A stretch of 63,839 bases of DNA, counting the filler, from Craspedostauros australis (taxonomy: Eukaryota), in the NCBI GenBank assembly GCA_030167865.1. It is 8 parts of 8 records of this genome, joined end to end, with 100 filler letters (N's around TTAATTAATTAA, not from the genome) between each part and the next. Parts side by side here need not be neighbours in the genome. Positions count along the whole stretch, not along the records: positions 44,096 to 50,460 come from JALAGF010005692.1; positions 50,561 to 54,773 come from JALAGF010005693.1; positions 54,874 to 57,880 come from JALAGF010005694.1; 5 more parts are not named here. One strand, given 5' to 3'. Positions 44,096-54,883 of the stretch are shown here, piece after piece. Each line of letters opens with the position of its first letter. The stretch's first letter is position 1. Both the position numbers and the translations under genes were made by a program. The notes under the pieces are model-generated. The model did no database searches, was not told the origin of the DNA, and worked only from the letters and a program-made list of their open reading frames with translations.

Positions 44096-46721
44096 ACGGA
44101 TGCTACGTGCAAGACAGCTCGAGATCCGGGCCGAGATGCGCAGGGAACAAGAGGAGGCAGCGGCCGATGAAGCAACATCCCGGCATGAACACCACATCCT
44201 CATGATGAGCAACCAATCCGACTCGTCCTCAGAGGACGACGACTCATCCCCCGGCTACACCATGGACCCCATCGACATCGGTCACCTGTGGCCACACCAC
44301 GTNAACATCACTCGNCACATCCGCCACTACTTTGACCATGTGGTGCAGTTCCGATTCCCAACGGAGGCTGCAAGAAGCCAGTGCATCTACTACGCCATCC
44401 GCAGGTTTGTTGACGCCGTCGACGAAATGCTCGAGACAGGTGAGTACCACCTCCCCGTCTCGTACTTTGGGTTTATACCAAGAACACAAGGCCAGCGATA
44501 TACTCTGGAGCGAGCCATTGCGGCCATGGAGAACGGTCTGCGACCGCCGGACGAAGATGAACGGGTACAGGACTTCATGCGACGAGCAGGCTTCGCGTGG
44601 CACCTCATCACGCACGACGAGCGATTTGAAATCGGAATACTCCACTTACACATCCAGCTTGGAGTCGCACCCGAGGTACCACCAACGATCATGGCTCCAC
44701 CAAGCGAATTCGAACAGGCCGAACAGCACGTTTCGGCACCAACTCACCACGCCCACCATCCACCACAGCATGACGATGAAACCGACGAACACTACGCAAT
44801 GGCAGCAGCGGTCGAGCACGACGACAACGACAACCACAGTGCCTTCATCACATACGACCTGCTCAGCTTCTTCACCAGCGGCGGCGATCTCGACATCACG
44901 GACCGGCATTTCAGCTACAAGGCGTCGAAAGCCGACCCCGACACTCTATCTTTCAGCGAGGCCATGAATGACGACAACAAGAATGAATGGATGGCCGCCG
45001 CACACAAGGAAATCCACGATCTCACCAACAAAGGGACGTGGATTGAAGTGCCAAAATCCTCCACCACCGATCGCATCTTCCCGGGGACATGGGTATTCCG
45101 ACGCAAGCGAATGCCCGACGGGACGGTCAAGAAGTATAAAGGCCGATGGTGCTGCAGAGGCGATATGATGACCGAAACGGAGGCAACCTACGCTCCGGTT
45201 GTCGCATGGTCATCCGTCCGCGTCTTTCTCATCCTTTCCATTTTGCTCCGCTGGGTCACGACGTCGATCGATTTTTCGAACGCGTTCGTCCAAGCCGACA
45301 TCCACCGGCCTGTCTACTTACACCTTCCTCGCGGCTTCCGATCGACGAATGGACCTGACACGTGCCTCAAGCTGATTAAAAGCCTTTACGGCCTAACTAT
45401 AGCTCCCAAGCTATGGTATCAGCACCTCGTGCGCGCCCTCCTTGCGGAAGGGTTTCGTGCGTGTGACCAAGAGAAGTGCCTGTTCATGCGAGACGGCATG
45501 ATGATCGTTCTCTACGTGGACGACGCTGGCATCGCTTCGCGTACGGAAGAAGAGGCAGACGCATTCATCGAGTCCATGCGCAAACGCGGATTTGATCTCA
45601 CACGAGAGGGCACGTTCACGGAGTTCCTGGGAATATCACTACACCGAGACCCCAAAAACAACACCATCCACCTCAAGCAGACCGGATTAATCAACAAGAT
45701 CATCGAGGCCACCGGCATGCAGCATTGCAAACCAAACGTAACACCAACAACACAACTTGCCCTCGGCGCCTCAACCGACCAACCGCCAATGAAGGAAGCA
45801 TGGAACTACCGCTCCATCGTCGGCATGATGCTCTACTTGACTACGAACACACGCCCCGACCTGGCCTTCGCCGTATCTCAAGTGGCCCGATTCAGCAACG
45901 AACCCCGCCAACCGCACGCAAAGGCCATCAAGATGATCGTGCGATACCTCCGCCACACAAACACCATGGGTACTATCGTACGACCAACGGGCCAACTCAA
46001 CTTGGAGTGTTACGTCGATGCCGATTTCGCTGGTCTGTACAAGCGCGAGCCCGACGATTCTCCCAACGCAGTACGCTCACGTACCGGCTACGTCATCATC
46101 CTCGGTGGCTGCCCGCTCGTGTGGAAATCGAAGCTGCAGACGGAGATCGCCTTGTCAACTATGGAATCGGAATACGCCGCGCTGTCTCTTGCCATGCGCG
46201 CCCTCATCCCAATGCAACAGCTTATCAACGAAGTGAACGCATCAACTAACCTCAATCAACCGCTGCAAACAAACATCCAATGCACCGTCTTTGAGGATAA
46301 TGAGGCGTGCATCTCACTGGCAACAAACCACAAGGTCACGGCGCGAACCAAACACTTTCTCACCAAGTGGCACTTCTTCTGGCACTGGGTCAAGGAAGGC
46401 TTCATTCGAATCCTACATGTACCAACACCACATCAGGTCGCCGACATCTTCACCAAGGGCCTTGCGCGGGATGCATTCGAGCACCTGCGAAGGATGCTCA
46501 TGGGATGGTGATGGCACCACAAAATGTGAACTATTGATCGAACGATGGAGGTTTTTACACCGGGGACATGCTTCGCACTACACCGAGAGGGAGAGTTGGG
46601 ACAGACTAGCTCCGGGACTGACTCGGGACCTGACTGTCCATTCCGCGTACGCAGTATTCGGTACCCAAGACCGATACTGTGATGAAAGGCTACCACACAC
46701 ACGATGTGTAGTTGAACTGCA
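44096..46721 (+). mobile_element. Ty1/Copia (CoDi-like) LTR retrotransposon, 3' half with PPT and putative short 3' LTR
   Basis: pol ORF followed by PPT GAGAGGGAG (46585-46593) and a ~125-bp candidate LTR. Confidence 0.85.
44100..46511 (+). CDS. pol: Copia Pol, reverse transcriptase + RNase H (5'-partial)
   Basis: KYKGRWCCRGD, TYAPVV, IDFSNAFVQ, LIKSLYGL, LYVDD, TRPDLAFAV, YVDADFAG, LSTMESEY, FEDNEAC, RTKH and QVADIFTK; no internal stops. Confidence 0.95.
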   Translation: MLRARQLEIRAEMRREQEEAAADEATSRHEHHILMMSNQSDSSSEDDDSSPGYTMDPIDIGHLWPHHXNITXHIRHYFDHVVQFRFPTEAARSQCIYYAIRRFVDAVDEMLETGEYHLPVSYFGFIPRTQGQRYTLERAIAAMENGLRPPDEDERVQDFMRRAGFAWHLITHDERFEIGILHLHIQLGVAPEVPPTIMAPPSEFEQAEQHVSAPTHHAHHPPQHDDETDEHYAMAAAVEHDDNDNHSAFITYDLLSFFTSGGDLDITDRHFSYKASKADPDTLSFSEAMNDDNKNEWMAAAHKEIHDLTNKGTWIEVPKSSTTDRIFPGTWVFRRKRMPDGTVKKYKGRWCCRGDMMTETEATYAPVVAWSSVRVFLILSILLRWVTTSIDFSNAFVQADIHRPVYLHLPRGFRSTNGPDTCLKLIKSLYGLTIAPKLWYQHLVRALLAEGFRACDQEKCLFMRDGMMIVLYVDDAGIASRTEEEADAFIESMRKRGFDLTREGTFTEFLGISLHRDPKNNTIHLKQTGLINKIIEATGMQHCKPNVTPTTQLALGASTDQPPMKEAWNYRSIVGMMLYLTTNTRPDLAFAVSQVARFSNEPRQPHAKAIKMIVRYLRHTNTMGTIVRPTGQLNLECYVDADFAGLYKREPDDSPNAVRSRTGYVIILGGCPLVWKSKLQTEIALSTMESEYAALSLAMRALIPMQQLINEVNASTNLNQPLQTNIQCTVFEDNEACISLATNHKVTARTKHFLTKWHFFWHWVKEGFIRILHVPTPHQVADIFTKGLARDAFEHLRRMLMGW

Positions 46722-47277
46722 ATCCATGCGTTGCTCGCCCTCCAGCTCATGCACCCCTGCCACCTGTCCATCTCGTCACTCTGTTGAACATGCATCTATC
46801 TTGAAGCATATCCATGTGAATGGATTAGCTGCTGCTCTATGGGTGACGATACTGGAAGACTGTATGTGTGCAGGATCACCACGGCATGCTGCTGCGCAAC
46901 AAAGAACGGCNNNNNNNNNNNNNNNNNNNNNNNNNNNNNNNNNNNNNNNNNNNNNNNNNNNNNNNNNNNNNNNNNNNNNNNNNNNNNNNNNNNNNNNNNN
47001 NNNNNNNNNNNNNNNNNNNNNNNNNNNNNNNNNNNNNNNNNNNNNNNNNNNNNNNNNNNNNNNNNNNNNNNNNNNNNNNNNNNNNNNTGTCCTCAACATC
47101 AAACGGCGTCAAAACCGGTTGAAGGACAGACCATCCTCCTGACAACGTGCGAAAGACACGGAATACCAACTATCGCCATCATTTCGCAAATTTGTGCCAT
47201 GCTTCGGCTCCATTCACTACTTGCCTCGCCAATGCCCTGCACACTCGCCCTTTCGCTCCATGCCCGTTCTCGTCAGA

Positions 47278-47370
47278 ATAGTAGTAGTAGTAGTAGTAGT
47301 AGTNNNNNNNNNNNNNNNNNNNNNNNNNNNNNNNNNNNNNGTTGTTGTTGTTGTTGTTGTTGCTGTTGCT
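47278..47370. repeat. (AGT)n and (GTT)n microsatellites flanking a gap
   Basis: Directly visible. Confidence 0.9.
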
Positions 47371-47477
47371 GAATGATCGGCCTTCATCCTATGCTCTCCT
47401 TCCTCACTTCGTCTCAACCTGTGCAGTTCATCACATCCACCTAGCAAACAACACTACTCTCCACCAACAATTCCACC

Positions 47478-50460
47478 ATGTTTCCCTCCGCTGCTGCCAA
47501 GGCCCTCTCCAAGGATGGCAACCCCTCTCCTCGTAAGAAACCATGTTCGGCTCGCCCTGTGTCTGCTCCTCCTGTCGATTCGAAGGGGAACTTGCTGCCG
47601 ACTGCAGAGCAACTGTTGCCTGACAAGCCGTCCGCTGCATTGCGGAAGCCGACCATCATCACGCAAGTGATCGATGTGAAGCCGATGCATGCAGCGGATG
47701 GCGACCTCGTCCCGAACAGTACGCATGCGCACGCTCGCGAGCTGCACGTGTTCGTACACATCCTCGACAACAACGGAGGCGTCTTCGACGACTCCAACGT
47801 CAGGGTGCGCTCGGAGGGACGAGGTGTCGGCGATGGTACGTTGGTGAGCGTTATCGTGAACGCGCCACCCCCAGCTGCGCCTGACGTTGCACCACCTGTC
47901 GCGCCTACCCCACCAGCGAGGCTCCCTCGTCGCTGCAATGCTGTTGGTACTGGGGGCTACGCAGATGCCTCTGGCGATAGCGACAGCACGTACGACGACA
48001 ACGGCAGGGGGGAACGAACACGCGCCAGCAGGAACAGGAGAGGAGGCCAGTTCGGGTACGATCTGGAAGAGGCGGGAAACTGGAGGCGTGATGCCATCGN
48101 NNNNNNNNNNNNNNNNNNNNNNNNNNNNNNNNNNNNNNNNNNNNNNNNNGGGGTTCCTGCTGCCTACTGCAGAGCAACTGTTGCCTGACAAGCCATCCGC
48201 TGCGTTGAGGAAGCCAACCACCATCACGCAAGTAATCGATGTGAAGCCGATGCTCGCAGCGGATGGCGGCCTCGTCCCGAACGGTACGCATGCGCACGCT
48301 CGCGAGCTGCACGTGTTCGTACACATCCTTGACAACAACGGAGGCGTCTTCGACGACTCCAACGTCANNNNNNNNNNNNNNNNNNNNNNNNNNNNNNNNN
48401 NNNNNNNNNNNNNNNNNNNNNAGGTGTCGGCGATGGGACTTCGGTGAGCGTTATCGTGAACGCGCCACCCCATGCTGCGCCTGACGTTGCACCACCTGTC
48501 GCGCCTACCCCACCAGCGAGGCTCCCTCGTCGCTGCAACGCTGTTGTTGCTGGGGGCTACGCAGATGCCTCTGGCGATAGCGACAGCACGTACGACGACA
48601 GCGGCAAGGAGCAACAAACACGCGCCAGCAGGAACAGGAGAGGAGGCCAGTTCGGGTACGACCCGGAAGAGGCGGGAAACCGGAGGCGTGATGCGATCGG
48701 TCGTATCATGGTAGCGCTTCGATCTAACCTAGATCCTAAAATCCTCCAGCAAATGCCGACAACAGGATTCGTTCTCACAGGCCAACACGATCGGACCATC
48801 TGGAGCTCTGTGAAACAGATGTGGAGTGTCGTATCATCTGCACTCTGGACTGTCCTGCTTCCAGAAGAGGAGGCACCAACTTGTCAGATGGAACAGGTGG
48901 TTTCATACGTACGCGGCAATGTGGAGCTTCCTCCAACAATGTTGGCATCTAACCTGTACACCCTCTGCTTGCTTGGACAAACTACAACATCCCACATGGT
49001 GAGAGCTGCTTTGGCCATGTCTGCACCACATGCACTGTGCACTGCTATCTTGGGCAAGCACGCACATGGGCTGTCGGAGGAACAGAAGGCGCGCATGCTT
49101 TCCAAACGCGACATCATCACGCAGAGCCAGGCCTGCACCTTGCGCGGTTACTATGACATCTTGAGCCACGGCGAAGTCATCCCATCACGGGTTCTCCAGT
49201 ATCGCGTGCGTGCCAGTGATCTCTCTGGTGTGGTGTCCTTCCTCATGACAACTACTACATACAAGGCAGGGTTGAGTCACATGGTACAGTATGGGGGGGT
49301 TGAATTTGAAAATGTCCCAGTGTTCGATCGAGGTGGCACGACCATCCGAGAATTATTCGGCATGTACTCGTCCACTACAAACAACGCAGTGNNNNNNNNN
49401 NNNNNNNNNNNNNNNNNNNNNNNNNNNNNNNNNNNNNNNNNGACAACTACTACATACAAGGCAGGGTTGAGTCACACGGTACAGTATGGGGGGGTTGAAT
49501 TCGAAAATGTCCCAGTGTTCGATCGTGGCAGCACTACCATCCAAGAATTATTTGGCATGTACTCGTCCACTACAAACAACCCAGTGAGAAGGCTGGCGTT
49601 CACCATCATTACTAACCTCCTCACACGCAAAAGCAAGATCAAGACAGGGCTTTCTTCCTTCGAGAGTTACTTCTGGATGGCAACAGAGAAACTCAAACAG
49701 GCAATTTCGCGCCTAGTCGAGCTGCTGGAGGCTAAGTATGAAGCGGATGGGGAGGAGAAAAACGATGATACTGTTGATGCCAATGACGAGCCGGATGACG
49801 TCATCTTGTCACATGTGTGCACGGCAAAGTCCCTCTTGCATGCGCTTGAGCTGATTGTCGTCTTCCTCAAATGGGAATTCACCGCGTCTCACTTGCAGCA
49901 TGAGTGTGATGACCCAATGCATTCGGCCACGTTCGCTCTCACCACCAACAAGGAGAAGAAGAAGGCAACATCCACATCAACCAATCAACGCAAACCACGC
50001 ACCAACAAGCACAAGCGGAAGAAGACCACCACCATCACAAACGACATCCCAATCATCACAAATGACATTCCTGTGACCACCGCAAGCGAACAACCACGTA
50101 AAGTATGCAACCGTTGTGGCGCAGCAATGCGATTTGTGGATGATCGTTTTGTTCCTTTTGTCACAATGCTTAAGGACAACGAACTCGCAGAACACACAGA
50201 CGAATTGCAATCAATGCTTGCGGCGGCACCGGGATTCTCCGACGAAATCGTTAATTACATGGCTCACAAAGTGCGTGCCAAAGTGCAATTCCGACAAATC
50301 GCTTTTTATCAATCCGAGCTCAACGAAAAGCCTGAAAGAGCCTATGTGGTACTCGACCATAAGCAAAAAATTCTAACGACAGGCCAAAGCGAAGCCCAAC
50401 AAGAATATTGGGGGAAGAAGGGAATGTCACTGCTTGGGGCGATGGTCATCACGTGTCGCA
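47478..50460 (+). mobile_element. Putative DNA transposase (Sola-like), 3'-partial, assembled from overlapping variant copies
   Basis: H-x3-FAL, CxxC, YMAHKVRAKVQ and VVLDHKQKIL..EAQQEYWGKKGMS recall the D[WF]AMK..E.Q..[WY]FGK.G.S transposase-like family; recognised from memory only. Confidence 0.5.
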
Positions 50461-50560
50461 NNNNNNNNNNNNNNNNNNNNNNNNNNNNNNNNNNNNNNNN
50501 NNNNTTAATTAATTAANNNNNNNNNNNNNNNNNNNNNNNNNNNNNNNNNNNNNNNNNNNN
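50461..50560. other. Artificial scaffold spacer
   Basis: 44N-TTAATTAATTAA-44N. Confidence 0.97.
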
Positions 50561-50877
50561 GCCAGATTCGGGAATTGGCACTAAATCTGCACAGACACCA
50601 GCCAACAGCCGAACCCAAAAGAAACAGAACGAAACCCCAAAGGAGCCAAGAAAACAACCAAACACCTCCACGAAACGAGTCAATGCGCGGGTATACAGGT
50701 ATTACCACACTCACCCACGCAGTCTTCGGCGAATCGAGTAACTGTTGCTGCAGCGGACCCTGTCGTTCCCTTCCTTTTTCGCTTCGCGGAGGATTCAAAT
50801 CAAGACCTTCGAACTGCCACTTTCCTTCAGGGGTGAACGGTTCACAGTCGCAACATTGACTCCAATTTCAGCCAACC

Positions 50878-53800
50878 ATGCGCTCCCACGCTCCCCCCAC
50901 CACGACACTCATGGCAACGATGACGATGATGGTCATCATGGTGATGACGATGATGGCGATGGAAGTCAGATCCGTGGCGGCATTCACTGCTCCATGCCCT
51001 TGGCTACCGCGCCTGTCGTCAATGCCATCGCACTCTCTTCTCTCTCAACAACAGCTGCGATGTGGGTCCAGCTCTCGTCTCCGTGCAGACGGCAACAACA
51101 ACTCGGAAGCAGAAGAACCAGCCGCTGGCGAGCCCACATTGGCAGAAGTGCCGACGGATCCAGCCCAGTACGCAGACCTCTTCAACAATGATGACTTCTG
51201 GGACGCGAATTTGGACGAGGAAGGTGTCAAGGAGATGCTGGACAAGCACTTCAAGATATCTGCTCCGAATGATGGCTTCTGGACAAGCGTGATTTTTTCC
51301 AGGGAAGACATCGTCGATGCCGCAAAAAGAGAAGGCAGCAATGAGGGCGCGTTGAAGAGTACAGCATCTGTCATCCAACGTCTAATTCCCAACGATGTCA
51401 CAGCCATATGGATCATGGGCGAAAATCACGACCCGAAGCACAGAGAGAAAGTCTTGGTTGCCGTCAAAAGATCGCTGGTGGTTGCCAGTAAAGATAGACC
51501 GACAACCCTCCGTGATTCGATCTTGATGATATTGGGAATCGTCCATGACTCCCAGAAGAAGAAGTCATTCGGCATGCTCCGCGTAGGCGAAGACGAATCA
51601 ACATTCTTCTTTGGTGAAGCCAAATTTCGACACAAAGGCAACTTTAGACAGCAACCAACTAAGGTGTTTCTGAAGCCGCTGAAGCTTGGCGCGAACCGCG
51701 ACAGGGTGGCGATTTTCCACACCGAAAGTGGAAGCGGCAAGACTGTCGAGCTGGCTGCAAGCGCTCATCTGAGAGATGCCGTGATCAGCATCGTGGAGAT
51801 CATCGATGTAGACATACGGACGAAAGAATCAGGCGATCAACGGTACAACGAGGCCTATGAAAGCTTGAAGAGCCGTTTGAAACGTGACGTGAAGTCGAAG
51901 CCCATCGCCTTCCAAACCATCATCAAAGAAATGAATGCTTGGGCGGAACCGACTGCAGATGGGGCCCAGGGAGACCCCGGCTCCATCCGAATCGTGTACT
52001 GTCTCGACGAAGCATCCGGATGTCCAAACCTCGTGCGGGAAATCATCCGAAATTACAGTCGACTCGGTGATGAGATGGGAAAGTACATTGCGAACGGATG
52101 CGATGGCACAATTGAGACTACCAGCCGAGATATCCAAGTTGTGTTTTCTGTTGCAGGCACAGGAACGCATGGAAACGTCGTCGGAAGCTTGGGTGCAAAC
52201 TACCGAAGTCTTGAGCCAAGTGGCCGAAAGGTTGACAAAGAAGTCTACGAAGCACTCGTTTCGGAGTATGACAAGGGTGATGCCAGATACCAGAAAATTC
52301 CATCACAGGAAGACCTGGTGAAATCCACAGCCCTTCTTGGGATCGTNNNNNNNNNNNNNNNNNNNNNNNNNNNNNNNNNNNNNNNNNNNNNNNNNNTCCA
52401 TCCGAATCGTGTACTGTCTCGACGAAGCATCCGGATGTCCAAACCTCGTGCGGGAAATCATCCGAAATTACAGTCGACTCGGTGATGAGATGGGAAAGTA
52501 CATTGCGAACGGATGCGATGGCACAATTGAGACTACCAGCCGAGATATCCAAGTTGTGTTTTCTGTTGCAGGCACAGGAACGCATGGAAACGTCGTCGGA
52601 AGCTTGGGTGCAAACTACCNAAGTCTTGAGCCAAGTGGCCGAAAGGTTGACAAAGAAGTCTACGAAGCACTCGTTTCGGAGTATGACAAGGGNGATGCCA
52701 GATACCAGAAAATTCCATCACAGGAAGACCTGGTGAAATCCACAGCCCTTCTTGGGATCGTTGGAACACACAACGCAAGGATGGCATCCATCTTGATCGA
52801 TCAGCTCTTCCATTCGCCATTCTCGTACACCCATCCACACGAAAGAGCCAAGCTCATGTCGTTGGTCTTCCAGAAGTTCATCGGGTGCAATGCAATGGCA
52901 TCGCTGTGGAATTACTCCCCCGCAAACACTGATAAAGAACTGGCTTGCACAAAGACGCGCATGTTGGTATCGGGACAGTCACTTGCCACTTTTCTCTTTC
53001 CGCAACCCTTCACACTACCATCCAAGGATGACGAAGCGGCAGAAAAGGTACGAACACTCAACTACGGCATCAGATTCGATGACGACGAAGATCCCGACGC
53101 CAATATTTATGACGACGAGCCAACATCGATGTACTACCTTGTGCGGAGATACGGATTGGTAGCTCCCAACGATTTTCGTCATAGCAGCAGCAAGGATCGC
53201 ACTCTGGACCAGCCGTTCGAAGTGAGCGAGGCAATGCAACTACTCTGTGTCTGGCTCATGCATGGCGGCACGCGATTGGCAGACGGCGAAACGCGGTTGG
53301 GAACAGCTCCGCACGCTTTCGAGGTGTTGTCGACTCAGCTCGTCAGTTGTACTATTTCAGCAGCCATGACAGTGGCATTGGAAGACCGGCCAGACGCTCA
53401 TCACATCTTGAAGAAGGCTCTCGGGATGTTCCTGAGAGAAGGCACTGTCGACGGTNNNNNNNNNNNNNNNNNNNNNNNNNNNNNNNNNNNNNNNNNNNNN
53501 NNNNNGTTCCTGAGAGAAGGCACTGTCGACGGTAAAGGTGAGCATGGGACTCCACATGTGGATCCGGAGATCGAAGAAGCGTGGGCAGCACTTGAGGATG
53601 TGATCCCCGTGTCGGTAGACTACGATCTTGCGTTCAACGGCATGTACTACCACAAATCTGAAATGAAGCTGAGGCAAGAGAAGGAGAAAGATACAATGTC
53701 AGACTCAGACTCGGAGCCAGAGCAAATCAATACGGTTTGGCAGAACATACCGACGATGGAAGTCGACCGAGACGGGGATTTGGACCTGACGGACTTGGAA

Positions 53801-54454
53801 AACAGGCGAGATTTCAACGCTGCAGAGGTGGTGTCAGGCAACACGGAAACGACTCTTGTCATGGACCGGGATCTGTTGGAAGGACTGATGCAAATGAAAG
53901 GTAAGAACACTGCAGCACAACGTTTCAGCCCAGCTCTTGCGTGCGTGACAGAAGGCAGGTGCAACTTGGCAGATGGGATCGTCGCCTTTGTTGGTGCGAA
54001 GCGCAACAAAAATGGCGAGCTGGTTGACTATGCGCTCTACACCATCTTCATCCAATCCGAGGATCATTTTGGAGATTCCGACATTGACACTGCAGGTATT
54101 CGCGACAAGAAGAACAGGGTCGATCAGGAGGTGCTGGATATTCCGTTTGGGAATACCCGACTGTACTGTGTGGCCAGTCGATCGGAAGCGTTGTCAACGA
54201 ACATGCTGGAGATCAGTGAAACCGACGAAGCCAACAACGAAGAATTGAATGGCGACGAAGTCAAAGATGGCATCCAGAACGAACAAACGAACAACAAGGC
54301 GAAGAACACGAGAATGCCGTTTGTTTCATATCCAACTGATGAAGGCATGATGCTGCCAAATGTGATGTTGGCCCTTGATCAACTTCGCAATCAGCAGCAG
54401 AAGTTGGATGACAACGCAGTGATGTTGAAATTCTCCAACAGCGAAGATGAGTGA
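50878..54454 (+). CDS. P-loop NTPase with a degenerate restriction-endonuclease-like domain and a bipartite plastid-type presequence (1027 aa after removing gap-flank duplicates)
   Basis: Hydrophobic leader + VAA|FTAP + Ser/Arg-rich segment; Walker A ESGSGKT; Walker B IVYCLDE; VAGTG; NLADG..IFIQSED. Removing the 365-bp and 28-bp duplicates and gaps gives 3084 nt in frame. Confidence 0.75.
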
Positions 54455-54773
54455 TGAGGCGGTGGTGGTACTACCAACGGACGAGATGACAATGATGCAG
54501 GATGGATTCAATCTCCACTTCATCCTTATGACTATGTCGAACTATCTAGCAATAGCGTATTCCAATGCTGATCTTGATCTGATTGTTGATACTGTGCATG
54601 GTAACTGGTGTGTCTTCATGATGGGTAGATTGACATCTGGTGGATGGTGTTTCTTTGCCTGTGCTGTCGGATCTTGCCTCATGCGATACAAGGTTCGGTC
54701 CTGCTCAAGCTCCAACCCTGGTCTCTTGTTTCATTGCCGTCTGATCAGAGTGGGTGATGCCTCTCATGCCAGC

Positions 54774-54873
54774 NNNNNNNNNNNNNNNNNNNNNNNNNNN
54801 NNNNNNNNNNNNNNNNNTTAATTAATTAANNNNNNNNNNNNNNNNNNNNNNNNNNNNNNNNNNNNNNNNNNNN
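54774..54873. other. Artificial scaffold spacer
   Basis: 44N-TTAATTAATTAA-44N. Confidence 0.97.
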
Positions 54874-54883
54874 CTTACTTTGT

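Noticed and set aside
51982..53533. Internal domain duplication, or two genes, in the scaffold E protein
   Set aside because: The 365-bp and 28-bp duplicates flank 50-N gaps, and removing them restores one in-frame ORF.
38353..54454. Defence island of STAND NTPase, RT, transposase and NTPase-nuclease
   Set aside because: The STAND gene, the RT and transposase, and the NTPase-nuclease lie on three separate scaffolds joined artificially.
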